DNA from: a virus
Taxonomy: Duplodnaviria > Caudoviricetes
Length of the DNA: 64,000 bases
Reading direction: 5' to 3' (one strand)
Virus record (IMG/VR): IMGVR_UViG_3300028048_001169
Span: 1-64,000 of that record
Shown: one piece after another, positions 39,689 to 50,041 of the stretch
How the letters are laid out: every line of letters begins with the position of its first letter
Position numbering within the stretch: the stretch's first letter is position 1
Notes under the pieces: generated by a model
What the model was told of the DNA's origin: nothing
Databases searched by the model: none
Seen by the model: only the letters and a program-made list of their open reading frames with translations
Program-made: the position numbers and the translations under genes

Positions 39689-41548
39689 ATGGAATTTACT
39701 AGAGAAGATTTTAATGCAATTTTAAATGAGGGTTCAACAGAGTCTGTAGAAGAAACTTCTACAGAAGTTGGTGTTAAAGAGCTCTGCATGGATAATGTTG
39801 TATCAAAGGACAAGTTACGTTCAGTTCAGGGTAAGACTCTGAATAAGCTTGCTGAGTATATTCAGGCTACATATGGACCTCTTGGTTCTAATACTATGAT
39901 CGTTAGTGGTAATAATAAGCAGACAATTCTGTCTAATTATTCCAAAGATGGTTTGAAGGTACTGAAGCACATTATCTTCAGTGAACCTCTTGAGATGGCA
40001 ATTCAGTCAGAGATCGAGAATATTGCTCGTTTCGTAGAACGTAAAGTAGGTGATGGTACAACATCTTCTATTATTCTTTCTTCTGAGATCTTTGATGGAT
40101 TATCTGAGATCGAAAAGGAGTTCAAGATTCCACCTCGTAAGTTGATCAAGTTATTTGATCGTTGTGTAAAGGATCTTCAAGAAGAAATTCGTTCTAGAGG
40201 TAGAGAGATTACATTAGATGATATCTATAAGATCTGTATGATTTCTACTAATGGTAATGAATCAATCTCTAAGGTTATTGAGAATCTCTATATGCAGTTT
40301 GGATTTGATGTACAGATTGATGTAGGTATTTCTAATGATTCTGATTCTAAGGTAAAGATCTATGATGGAGCTACAATCGATGAGGGATATTTAGACGATT
40401 GTTATATCAATCGTATGAGCAATGCTACTTGTGAGATCCGTAATGCTAGAATTTATTACTTTGCAGATCCTATCGATACAGCAGAGATGCTTACATTCTT
40501 AGATAAGATTCTTCTGGATAATATCTTTAGTCCATTAGAAGAAGGTAGAGAACCAGTTCCTACAGTAATTCTTTCTACACATATTACCAGAGATGGTTCT
40601 GCATTAATGCGTAAGTTATCTGAGGCTCTTCATAGTTATGATGGTGCTAACCAGATTGAGATGAAACCACCTGTATTGATCGTATCCGATATTTCTGGTG
40701 TTGGTGTTGGCGTTGCTGATGATATTGCTTATCTTTGTGATTGTAAGCCTATTGTTAAGTATATTGATCCTAAGACTCAGAAAGCAGATCAGGAAAAGGG
40801 AGAAGCTCCTACTATTGAGAATATTGCTGAGTGGTGTGGATATGCTGAGCAGGTTATTGCTGATGCTGATAAGACAAAGTTTATTAACCCTAAGTCTATG
40901 CAGAATGCTGATGATAAGAAGTATGAATCTCGTATTAACTTCTTAAAAGCTCAGATCAAGAAAGCTGAAGCTAATAACGATGACCACCTTACAATTGGTC
41001 GTCTTAAGAAAAGACTTCGTTTAATTGAGGGTAATATGATTGAGTATCTTATTGGTGGTATTGCTGAATCTGATCGAGATGCAGTTAAGGATCTTGTAGA
41101 GGATGCTGTTAAGAACTGTGCATCTGCATCTAGTACTGGTGTAGGATATGCTGCTAACTTCGAAGGTCTTCGTGCTTCTATGATGGCTTGGAAGCAGCAT
41201 CATGATAGAGATAAAGAAAACTCAGATGATATTATTATCTATCGCATCAAGTCTATTATCGCAAAGGCTTATTACAATGCAGCTCAGATCTTATACTCAA
41301 CAGCTGTTGATAATTTCGATGATGCAGAAGTCCTGATCTACAATAGTATTACAAATGATCAGCCTTATAATATTGCAACTGTATTTGATTATGGTACAGA
41401 GAATATTGATGATATTCCATTCGATGGTAATGTACTTTGTAGTATCAGTACAGATATTGAAATCTTAGAGGCTATTGATAAGATCGTTACAATTATGGTA
41501 ACAGCTAATCAGGCTCTGGTTCAGGTACCAACACTCAATAGATATTAA
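39689..41548 (+). CDS. phage GroEL-like chaperonin
   Basis: TYGPLG, SKDGLKVLK, VGDGTTSS, VEDAV motifs. Confidence 0.9.
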   Translation: MEFTREDFNAILNEGSTESVEETSTEVGVKELCMDNVVSKDKLRSVQGKTLNKLAEYIQATYGPLGSNTMIVSGNNKQTILSNYSKDGLKVLKHIIFSEPLEMAIQSEIENIARFVERKVGDGTTSSIILSSEIFDGLSEIEKEFKIPPRKLIKLFDRCVKDLQEEIRSRGREITLDDIYKICMISTNGNESISKVIENLYMQFGFDVQIDVGISNDSDSKVKIYDGATIDEGYLDDCYINRMSNATCEIRNARIYYFADPIDTAEMLTFLDKILLDNIFSPLEEGREPVPTVILSTHITRDGSALMRKLSEALHSYDGANQIEMKPPVLIVSDISGVGVGVADDIAYLCDCKPIVKYIDPKTQKADQEKGEAPTIENIAEWCGYAEQVIADADKTKFINPKSMQNADDKKYESRINFLKAQIKKAEANNDDHLTIGRLKKRLRLIEGNMIEYLIGGIAESDRDAVKDLVEDAVKNCASASSTGVGYAANFEGLRASMMAWKQHHDRDKENSDDIIIYRIKSIIAKAYYNAAQILYSTAVDNFDDAEVLIYNSITNDQPYNIATVFDYGTENIDDIPFDGNVLCSISTDIEILEAIDKIVTIMVTANQALVQVPTLNRY

Positions 41549-41587
41549 TCTATCACTAAGGGGGAATAGAAATATTCCCCCTTCTTT

Positions 41588-41776
41588 ATGGAGGCATTTA
41601 ATATGGAAGATAACAAAACTAATAACCGACCAATTTACGAATATCGTGGAAAAGAATATCGTGTACCAGAAGAGTGTTATACTAAATACACTGAAGATCT
41701 TGATAAATGTTTTCGTTCCGATATGCAAGGGTGTATCGGATGTCGACGTATGGAGGAGGTAAAACGTGACGTTTGA
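41588..41776 (+). CDS. small Cys-rich protein (start may be the second Met)
   Basis: GGAGG precedes the MEDNK start; C..C.C..C. Confidence 0.5.
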   Translation: MEAFNMEDNKTNNRPIYEYRGKEYRVPEECYTKYTEDLDKCFRSDMQGCIGCRRMEEVKRDV

Positions 41777-42542
41777 AGATTACATTCTAAACCCAATGGG
41801 TAAACAGAATGCAGTGTTATCTGCCATTACAAGAGAATCAATCAGAACGAACTATACTTATCGTTTTGATAATATTCTCTTAAGAGAAGGCGGAAAGATT
41901 CAATACTATAAATATAAGACTTCTAATAATGAATACATTATTCATATTAAGATTCCTTCAGAACCTGTGAAGAAATTCTATTATGATGTCGTATTGAAGT
42001 TTTCTGCTAATGCTGATGTTAAGGGAGCTGGTAAGAACTTATTACTTTATAACTTCCAAGCATTCAGTAATGATCCAGCCTTTGTTTATAACCATGCATA
42101 TGTATTCAAAAAGAATAACTTATTCTTTACTGATATGACTTCTAAGATGGGAAAGCGTCCATTAAAAGAAGAACCTAAAGTAAAGAATCCAGATAAAGTT
42201 GTAGCATATGTAAAGAGTATTTACTTTGCATATTTATATATGAAAAATAGGGGGCTTTTCAAAACAATTGCTTGGGCAGATGCAGCTGCTTATGATAAGA
42301 AGACATTATTGAACAATGTCATGTCTTGTGATGAAAAGATTGCACTCAGAGAAGAAAAAGAAAAAGAGATAAATCATAAGAAGAAAATTGTAGTAGATGA
42401 TAGCTTGGCTAATAGATTATCTCGTAGTAAACAGTTGTCTGATAGTGATAAAGATCGCTTAGTTGTTAGGACTACAAGGAAAGTACCAACTGTTAAAAAG
42501 ATAAAAGCAGTTAACTCTACTAGACGGATCAAGAAAAGATAA
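41766..42542 (+). CDS. hypothetical basic protein
   Basis: GGAGG RBS, GTG start, 258 aa. Confidence 0.75.
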   Translation: MTFEDYILNPMGKQNAVLSAITRESIRTNYTYRFDNILLREGGKIQYYKYKTSNNEYIIHIKIPSEPVKKFYYDVVLKFSANADVKGAGKNLLLYNFQAFSNDPAFVYNHAYVFKKNNLFFTDMTSKMGKRPLKEEPKVKNPDKVVAYVKSIYFAYLYMKNRGLFKTIAWADAAAYDKKTLLNNVMSCDEKIALREEKEKEINHKKKIVVDDSLANRLSRSKQLSDSDKDRLVVRTTRKVPTVKKIKAVNSTRRIKKR

Positions 42543-42610
42543 AATGATTTTAAGTCATATATTATTAATATGGAGCTAATAGAGTGTCATATTTAAAAGG
42601 GAGATAGACA

Positions 42611-43231
42611 ATGATAAATGCTATTAAAGCAGATATGAAGTACACAAAAATTCTATGCTCTGGTAAAATTCTCGTTGCACCTTTGAAGATAATTGAAGGT
42701 ATTATAACGAAGAACGATGAGCTTAGAGAGCTTACAGATCAATCAAATCGTAAATTCTTTGATAGTTTATCAAATATTGCTCGCTGGGGAGCTACTCAGC
42801 CATCAAATGATGAGCAAGTAATTGCTAAGCTGTATTATGATAATAATTTCTATAAGAGAAGAATTTTATATTGGTCACCATGTAATGCCGATTATCTATT
42901 ACGGATTATTGGTATTGAGTTTGAGAATGGTAAGATTGATCATTGTAATTTCGTGCCTAGAGAAAATCAGATTAGTTTTCTAGGTAAGGATATTAAGAAA
43001 GCATTCTCTAAAGGTACTTCATGTAACGATGATATTATTAATCGTTTTATGAAACGATATATCGACAATACACATACAATTGCTGATAATTGTTTCTATA
43101 CACTGTATATCCGTCAAGATAAGAATTGTACCGATATACGTTGCTCTAGAGATATTCAACTTTCTCCAAGAAATCCAAAATATGCAACTTCAGATGGACG
43201 GAGATTAGAGCTAGAACCAGATCCAGTATAA
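42611..43231 (+). CDS. hypothetical protein
   Basis: Early motif at 42555, RBS. Confidence 0.7.
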   Translation: MINAIKADMKYTKILCSGKILVAPLKIIEGIITKNDELRELTDQSNRKFFDSLSNIARWGATQPSNDEQVIAKLYYDNNFYKRRILYWSPCNADYLLRIIGIEFENGKIDHCNFVPRENQISFLGKDIKKAFSKGTSCNDDIINRFMKRYIDNTHTIADNCFYTLYIRQDKNCTDIRCSRDIQLSPRNPKYATSDGRRLELEPDPV

Positions 43232-43288
43232 TTATACCGGAAGAATCCATAGACAATCATAACAATTTAATATTCTAGAGTGAGGTAG

Positions 43289-44788
43289 ATGAATATGAAT
43301 AATGCAACTATTGCTGAAATACCAAGAGTTGACGATTGGAGTCCAGAAAACCCACAAGATATTATTTTCAGTAACTCAAAAGGTGTTATTGGTGCACCTG
43401 TAACGAAGAGTTTCAATCTTGGACCAGAATACCAAGCATTGGACTATTTTATTATGACTCCTAAGAAGTGTTATAATAGTCAAGTTATGAGAGATCATAC
43501 TTGTAAGTATTTGAACTTCTTTGAGAAATACTATGATCCAGATCATGAATTAGCAACGATTATTTATCGTATTAAATTCATGATTGATACAACCACAGAA
43601 TATAATCAATTAAATTTCGTTCATGATATTCGTACATATCTATTGAATGAATCAATTAAGAACAAAGTTGTTCAATTAGTGGAAGCAAATTATCAGTTAG
43701 ATTTACAGTATAAGAATCTAAGTGATAATCTGAAGTATACTGATACACATGCAAAGATTATGCTGTGTATGAGTATATTTATGAATTTCGTTATTCCATT
43801 GATTACACACTTTGCGTACGTAAACAAAGTACCAGTGATTGATGATTTCATTATGCAGATCTTTGATTTGATTTTGTATATGTTTCCTGGAATTGATATC
43901 TATAGTAAACTATATGAAACCACAATCTCAAATGTATCAAAGAGTGAAGCAAAGAATCCTTTGTGGCTGAAACAGGATATTCGAGGAAAGGATACTGTAA
44001 CTCATAGCTATGCTTCTGTCAATAATATTATCTTAAATATTATGCCTAAGTATACATTTGATAAGAGTATCATCAGTCTTAATTTTACAAGTATTCTTAA
44101 GAATACAAGTTGTCAGATCTTAGATATTGAATATGAATTCAACTATATTAGTTTAAGTTCATCAAAGAGAGATGAAGACAACGTTTCAGACTTTGATAAA
44201 TATGAAGCAAATCTTGTAAAACAGAATGAAGCTTTGTATTTACAGTCTAAGATCAATTGTGAAGAAACAGTTTCTAGAATTGATTCATTATACGGACCTT
44301 TTGACGAATGGGAGATTTCTTTCTATCAAGAGAGACTTAAGAATGATAAGGGGGTTATTATTAACTCTTTCCAGAAACAATTAATCTTCAATATGTTTTA
44401 TAAGGAATTCCATGATGTGGAGAGTATCTATGGAATAAATGCTAGGGATTATATTAAGTTAATGCTGTCTGCTAAAAAGATTCTATTACAGAATCAGATG
44501 ATTATTCTGCCATATATTATTAGCTCTAAGATGGAAAAGATAGTTGGTAGAAAATCAGTCAATAAAAAGGAATTAATGAAGCTTGAGAGTAGCAGTTATT
44601 ATCCAATGATTGTTAACAAATATCATAATGAGAAGATTATGAAAAATATTTTATCAATGGTAGCAACAATCATTAGTAGCGATTTCTCTATTATCGATTA
44701 TAATAACCATAATATAGATGGTAAACGAATCGATGCAGTTCCAGATATTGTTATTGAAGAAGTGTTAGCTTATACCTTGTTAATCTAA
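43289..44788 (+). CDS. putative sigma-like promoter-specificity subunit of non-virion RNAP (AR9 gp226-like)
   Basis: By recollection, segments resemble AR9 gp226 (VEANYQLDL, MNFVIPLITHF, KLYETTISNV, IMPK...SIIS, EEVLAYTLLI terminus); similar size; near the chaperonin gene as in AR9; AR9-type late promoters in window. Confidence 0.65.
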   Translation: MNMNNATIAEIPRVDDWSPENPQDIIFSNSKGVIGAPVTKSFNLGPEYQALDYFIMTPKKCYNSQVMRDHTCKYLNFFEKYYDPDHELATIIYRIKFMIDTTTEYNQLNFVHDIRTYLLNESIKNKVVQLVEANYQLDLQYKNLSDNLKYTDTHAKIMLCMSIFMNFVIPLITHFAYVNKVPVIDDFIMQIFDLILYMFPGIDIYSKLYETTISNVSKSEAKNPLWLKQDIRGKDTVTHSYASVNNIILNIMPKYTFDKSIISLNFTSILKNTSCQILDIEYEFNYISLSSSKRDEDNVSDFDKYEANLVKQNEALYLQSKINCEETVSRIDSLYGPFDEWEISFYQERLKNDKGVIINSFQKQLIFNMFYKEFHDVESIYGINARDYIKLMLSAKKILLQNQMIILPYIISSKMEKIVGRKSVNKKELMKLESSSYYPMIVNKYHNEKIMKNILSMVATIISSDFSIIDYNNHNIDGKRIDAVPDIVIEEVLAYTLLI

Positions 44789-44857
44789 ATTTTTCAGAGA
44801 GGGATTGATTTAATTATCAATCCCTTTTTATTTTATTAATAAGGAGGAGAAATAATT

Positions 44858-45370
44858 ATGTTTTTAGGCTATAAGAAAAAAGATATTAAATTCTTTTTCA
44901 ATGAGGTATTTTTATCATTACATGAACGTATTGATGCAAAGGCTTATGAGAAGAGCATTAATACAAAGGTATCAGGTAAATATCTCTTTAATATCCCTAT
45001 ATTAATAGGAGATAATTATGACGTTAGTTGCTATGACTTAAAGTTTAGAATGCGCTATGTATCTAGTACAGAAGTTGAAAGTGAAGATGCATTTATCGAA
45101 GCATTATCAGAAATTGGAATCTTTAGTGATCATTCATCAAAAGAGTCTCCAAATGAAATCGCTATCAATATGGATATTATGACAGAATATGCAGACTATA
45201 TTACAATGGATCGTAATACAGGTAGATTTGTTGTTCATTTTACTGGTAAGGATAATGCTAATAAACCATTTGAAGCATATCTTAAAATTGATCGTCCTTG
45301 TAGCGATAATACTAGAAGAGAAAGAAAGTTCTATAATAAATTAATCGACATGCTGTTCGATATTAGATAA
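44858..45370 (+). CDS. hypothetical protein
   Basis: AAGGAGG RBS. Confidence 0.75.
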   Translation: MFLGYKKKDIKFFFNEVFLSLHERIDAKAYEKSINTKVSGKYLFNIPILIGDNYDVSCYDLKFRMRYVSSTEVESEDAFIEALSEIGIFSDHSSKESPNEIAINMDIMTEYADYITMDRNTGRFVVHFTGKDNANKPFEAYLKIDRPCSDNTRRERKFYNKLIDMLFDIR

Positions 45371-45444
45371 AAATGTAAGATAATACTAGGATTTTCACAT
45401 CCTAGTATTATTGTTGTTGCTATTATAAAAGGAGGAGTGATATC

Positions 45445-46011
45445 GTGAAAAGTAAAGTGTATATTATTAATGGACCTGCCAGAGCTGGAAAAGATACTTT
45501 TATAGAACTTGCAGAGGATTTGTGTTTTGCTTATAAATCAAAATATGACATTATGTCGAAATCAACTATAGAGAATTTAGCATATATTGCTAAAGATCAG
45601 TTTGGTTATAATCCAGAGGTTAAATCTGATAAAGATCGTAAGTTTTTATCAGATTTTAAAAGACTTGTCGATGATTATTGTGATTATACATTCAAGACGG
45701 TTACATCGACCATTGATATTGATATAAAGAATCGAGATCGTTTTGTCTTGGCATCTCCTGTAGTATATTTTGTCCATGTAAGAGAGCCTTATAATATCTA
45801 TCGATTTACAAAGCATTTCTATAAATCCAAGACGATCTTTGTTGATACTACTAGAAATATTCATAGTGTTACTAATAATGAATCTGATTTGAACGTTCGA
45901 GATTATGATTATGATATTACAATTCATAATGACGGATCGATCGAGGATTATAGAGAAGTCGTTAAGAGATTCTTAATCAGTGAGAATATTATTGAGGTAA
46001 ATAAGAAATGA
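45445..46011 (+). CDS. P-loop (deoxy)nucleotide monophosphate kinase
   Basis: IINGPARAGKDT, HVRE, YDITIHNDGS. Confidence 0.75.
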   Translation: MKSKVYIINGPARAGKDTFIELAEDLCFAYKSKYDIMSKSTIENLAYIAKDQFGYNPEVKSDKDRKFLSDFKRLVDDYCDYTFKTVTSTIDIDIKNRDRFVLASPVVYFVHVREPYNIYRFTKHFYKSKTIFVDTTRNIHSVTNNESDLNVRDYDYDITIHNDGSIEDYREVVKRFLISENIIEVNKK

Positions 46012-47060
46012 ATGTTACAGGATATGCTAATTGGTTAATGACCCATATGTCTAATGCTAAGTGGGCAAGTGGTAAAAAGTTCATTAATTGTCGATGTCCA
46101 GAATGTGGTGATTCAGCAAACCCTAGTTCTGCTCATATGTATATTTACATTCCTTGGAATAATACAGACGTTAGTTGGTATTATTGTCATAAATGTAATT
46201 CTAGTAGTATTATTAATTATAAGAAACTATTAGAATGGGATATCTATGATGAAGAGCTAGCTCTAGAGTTAGATGAATTAAACCGAGCAGCTTTAAACGG
46301 TCCTAAAAAATCTAAGTATTATAATCGTAAAGTATATAATTTAAAGTATACTCCAGATAATATTACAATTGATGATCAGACTGTTATGAAGCGTAATTAT
46401 GTAGGAAATCGCATTGGTCGTATACTAACCTATGAAGATTTGGTTCGATTAAAGATTGTACTAAATCTGAAGGATTTATTATACGAGAATAATATAACCG
46501 ATAGAACAAGAGATGAAAATATTATCAATGATTTAGATCGAGAATTTATTGGATTCTTGTCTATTGATAATGCGTTTCTTAATATGAGAAGAACTTGTAA
46601 TGAAGGTAAGGTCTATAAGAGTATTGATAAACGTTATGTCAATTATAAGATATTTGATAAACAAGATACATCTCAAAGATTCTATACTATTCCTACGGAA
46701 ATTAATATTGAGACGAGAGAACGAATTCCTCTACATATTGCAGAGGGACCGTTTGATATTCTAAGTGTTTTTCTAAATCTAAGAAACGCTGATAGGAATG
46801 CTATCTATACTTGTGTAGCTGGTTCGAACTATATTTCTGTTATTATGTTTTTCTTAGCAGAATTAATGATACCTAATCTAGAATTACATTTCTATCCAGA
46901 TAATGATAAATTAGGTACAAATGAACGAATCCTTAGTATTATAGACAGAATACCAGATAAAACTATTCCAGTATATATTCATAGAAATACAATGCCTGGA
47001 GAAAAAGATTTTGGTGTTCCATTGAAACAAATAAAAGAATCAATTGAAAGGATACGATAG
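46008..47060 (+). CDS. DNA primase (T4 gp61-like)
   Basis: CPECGDS...CHKC zinc finger; TOPRIM AEGPFD, PDND, KDFG. Confidence 0.88.
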   Translation: MNVTGYANWLMTHMSNAKWASGKKFINCRCPECGDSANPSSAHMYIYIPWNNTDVSWYYCHKCNSSSIINYKKLLEWDIYDEELALELDELNRAALNGPKKSKYYNRKVYNLKYTPDNITIDDQTVMKRNYVGNRIGRILTYEDLVRLKIVLNLKDLLYENNITDRTRDENIINDLDREFIGFLSIDNAFLNMRRTCNEGKVYKSIDKRYVNYKIFDKQDTSQRFYTIPTEINIETRERIPLHIAEGPFDILSVFLNLRNADRNAIYTCVAGSNYISVIMFFLAELMIPNLELHFYPDNDKLGTNERILSIIDRIPDKTIPVYIHRNTMPGEKDFGVPLKQIKESIERIR

Positions 47061-47973
47061 AGTGAAGATAGAGTGCAATGTATATAAAGATAATTTAGAT
47101 GCTGTTACTTTTGAACCTGATTATACGTCAGATAATATGGAACGTGCTACAGTTACATATCCAGAAAACTTTATTGACAAACAAGAAAAGTTTGATAGTA
47201 ATTTAGATAATTTAGTTAATTATATTAGAGACGATTATACTCCGCCTACCTTTGATTATGAAAATCAAAAGAATATGAATTTTAATGTAGAAGAAGGTAC
47301 ATTAACTTGTACGTTAGATTCAACGGATCCTATGGATGCTGGTAGAAGATTATATCGTAAAAAGAGTGTTGATTTTCTTAGTGGTACAACGATTATGGTT
47401 GGTCCTAATGGTGTTGGTAAAACAACACTAATTAATTGTATTGAAGATATATTTAGAGATAATAATATTAAAGTATTTGATTATGACAATCTACGTAGTG
47501 GTGGTAGTGTATCTTTAGAATCTGCTTTATTCTATAACGATTTTTCATCAGTTGCTACTATGATGTGTTCTTCTGAAGGTGAAAATATTTTGTTTAATAT
47601 TCGTTCGTCTTTAGGTAAAATTAAGCGATACGTTGATTCTCAGATGGAAAAAGAGAACGAACCTGCTGTATTATTATTTGATGCAATAGATTCCGGTTTA
47701 TCTCTAGATTTTATGTTTGAGATCAAAAGATTATTCAATGCTATTGTTGATTCTGAGCCTGAAGAATATCAGAAAAGAATCTTTATTATCTGCACATCTA
47801 ATTCTTACGAATTAGCCAGAGGATTCCGTTGCTGGGATGTAAAGGGCTCTAAAGAGATATACTTTAACAAATATCAAGAATATGCAGACTTCATTATCAA
47901 TACAAGAAGAGCAATTGATGAGTCTATTAAAAAACAGGCTGAACAATCTAATAATGACACTATTGATGATTAA
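47044..47973 (+). CDS. ABC-type ATPase (start uncertain)
   Basis: GPNGVGKTT, SSEGE signature, LLFDAIDSGLS. Confidence 0.7.
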   Translation: MKGYDRVKIECNVYKDNLDAVTFEPDYTSDNMERATVTYPENFIDKQEKFDSNLDNLVNYIRDDYTPPTFDYENQKNMNFNVEEGTLTCTLDSTDPMDAGRRLYRKKSVDFLSGTTIMVGPNGVGKTTLINCIEDIFRDNNIKVFDYDNLRSGGSVSLESALFYNDFSSVATMMCSSEGENILFNIRSSLGKIKRYVDSQMEKENEPAVLLFDAIDSGLSLDFMFEIKRLFNAIVDSEPEEYQKRIFIICTSNSYELARGFRCWDVKGSKEIYFNKYQEYADFIINTRRAIDESIKKQAEQSNNDTIDD

Positions 47974-47989
47974 TTAGGAGGTTCAATTT

Positions 47990-48589
47990 ATGGGATTATA
48001 CTCTGTAGGTGATTCATTATATGTAAGAGCAGAAATTACAGAAGTGGATCCAGATGATAGTACTAGGTATACTGTTACCACGAACTTAGCAAAATTCCGT
48101 GTAAAAGAAGAAAAGGATACACTTGTACCTGATACAAGTGCTGATAGTTATACGGAATCTCAAATCAATTCATTAATTCATACAATCTTAGCTATGCCAG
48201 ATGAGCAGTTATTGGTCATGTTTGGTAATGGTTTTGAATCATTGGATGGGTTCTTTAAAAGTGGTAAAACAATTGAAGATATGATCAATTGTTATGATGC
48301 TTGGAGAAAGACAAATGAAACAATTATTGGAGATATTGTTTGGTATACTCCTGGTGAAGGTGAAGTAGATCCAAATACAACAAAGGGTAAAATCAAATGT
48401 TGTGTTGTTGCTATTAAAGAAACTCCAGCAGCATCCGAAGAGGAACAACCTACTACTTCATATATTCTTCAGGATAAGGATAGCAACTATTATATTTCTA
48501 CAAGAGCTATGATTGAAAATGTAGGTGTTCATATTGATGTAGCAGAATCATTGAATGCTATTGATAAGATGATTGAAGATGCTGTTTAA
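47990..48589 (+). CDS. hypothetical protein
   Basis: AGGAGG RBS. Confidence 0.75.
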   Translation: MGLYSVGDSLYVRAEITEVDPDDSTRYTVTTNLAKFRVKEEKDTLVPDTSADSYTESQINSLIHTILAMPDEQLLVMFGNGFESLDGFFKSGKTIEDMINCYDAWRKTNETIIGDIVWYTPGEGEVDPNTTKGKIKCCVVAIKETPAASEEEQPTTSYILQDKDSNYYISTRAMIENVGVHIDVAESLNAIDKMIEDAV

Positions 48590-48622
48590 TAGATATCTTT
48601 AGAGGAAGGAAGATCTCAACTA

Positions 48623-49003
48623 ATGGGAGAAACAATATTAATAGATACAGACTATGCTCCAAACTTAGCAACTGATATTGAGTTAGATGATACAGATGGT
48701 GGAAAATATTTAATTGTATATAGCACCGGAGAACAATCAGATGACTTAGGATTATCCATTGTACCTGATACAGAAAAATTCAGAGCTCTCATAGAAGAAT
48801 CTGGAATGAAGATTGTTGGTCATGGAGAATCAGATATATCGCTTGCTAGTTTAATATATGGTCTGAATCACCCTGTACGTATACTTTATAAGTCAACTAT
48901 GCAGGATATACAGAAGTTTCTAATGGAGAAGTTTAATGGTCGTTTTGAAGAAGATGATCGTGTTTTTCGCAAAGAGTTAAATAAGATTCATGAGAATCAA
49001 TGA
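48623..49003 (+). CDS. hypothetical protein
   Basis: RBS, 126 aa. Confidence 0.7.
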   Translation: MGETILIDTDYAPNLATDIELDDTDGGKYLIVYSTGEQSDDLGLSIVPDTEKFRALIEESGMKIVGHGESDISLASLIYGLNHPVRILYKSTMQDIQKFLMEKFNGRFEEDDRVFRKELNKIHENQ

Positions 49004-49080
49004 AGTTGATAAACTCCGAACAATGAAAAATATAATATATAAGAGTAATAGAAACATTATTCATTGTGCTACAAGGAGGT

Positions 49081-49275
49081 ATGAATATGCTAACAAAGAC
49101 AAAACCAATACCAGATTACACACTCAAGAACATTGTACGTTGTGCTAAATGTGGAAAGATTAAGACAGAGAATCTTTATGAAAAATTCTTTCCTCATTAT
49201 GATGAGCAGAATCATAGATCTTGGGTATGCAGTGTCTGTGAAACTGGAAAATTAATCCAGCTTCGTAATTGGTAA
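49081..49275 (+). CDS. small Zn-finger protein
   Basis: AAGGAGG before ATG 49081/49087; CAKC...CSVC. Confidence 0.7.
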   Translation: MNMLTKTKPIPDYTLKNIVRCAKCGKIKTENLYEKFFPHYDEQNHRSWVCSVCETGKLIQLRNW

Positions 49276-49338
49276 ATATTCTATTAAGAAAGGTAGATAT
49301 TATATTTTATATCCACCTTTCCTTTTTTGGAGGTTTTA

Positions 49339-49815
49339 ATGAGAGAAGATGTTATTTCATGGTATAATTACTTTATGCTAATTGCAGAAGCAGTTTCCAA
49401 ACGGTCGAAAGACCCATCTAAGCAAGTAGGATCTTGTATTGTTGATGATGACAATCACATTTTGTCTACAGGATATAATGGATTTCCTAGAGGATGTTCT
49501 GATGAAGTTTTTCCTTGGATTAAGACAAGTGATGATCCTACAAAAAATAAATATATGTACGTGGTACACTCCGAGATGAATGCAATATTAAACGCGCATA
49601 AGGATCTTAGAGGATCGACGATATATGTGACGTTATTCCCTTGCAATGAGTGTGCGAAAGCTATTATTCAAGCTGGTATAAAGAAGGTAATATATAAGGA
49701 TTTTAATCCAAAATCAAAAGATATGAATTACGCTTCATCTCATATGTTTCAAGCTGCAGGTGTTGAAGTTGAGAAATATGTACCAGCGAATTTATCTTTT
49801 ACATTCGAGGTATGA
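49339..49815 (+). CDS. dCMP deaminase
   Basis: RSKDP, GYNGFP, HSEMNA, PCNEC; start at ATG 49339 behind GGAGG. Confidence 0.92.
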   Translation: MREDVISWYNYFMLIAEAVSKRSKDPSKQVGSCIVDDDNHILSTGYNGFPRGCSDEVFPWIKTSDDPTKNKYMYVVHSEMNAILNAHKDLRGSTIYVTLFPCNECAKAIIQAGIKKVIYKDFNPKSKDMNYASSHMFQAAGVEVEKYVPANLSFTFEV

Positions 49816-49819
49816 TATT

Positions 49820-50041
49820 ATGAGAAAGATTATTATTAAGAACGAATTGATCATGTTTATATTCTGTATCATTTCAGTAACAGTAACCGCGTATTTCAAT
49901 GGCACATTTGATGTTTCATTATTATTTAGATCTGCAGGTGCATTTGGTTCGCTATTCTTTGTACTCTGTAATCTATGGTTATTTTTAGTATATCACAGAG
50001 AGAAGTTTATTACAAGTGGAAAGGAAGAACGTGTTAAATGA
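49820..50041 (+). CDS. small two-TM membrane protein
   Basis: GAGG RBS before ATG 49820; two hydrophobic segments. Confidence 0.6.
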   Translation: MRKIIIKNELIMFIFCIISVTVTAYFNGTFDVSLLFRSAGAFGSLFFVLCNLWLFLVYHREKFITSGKEERVK

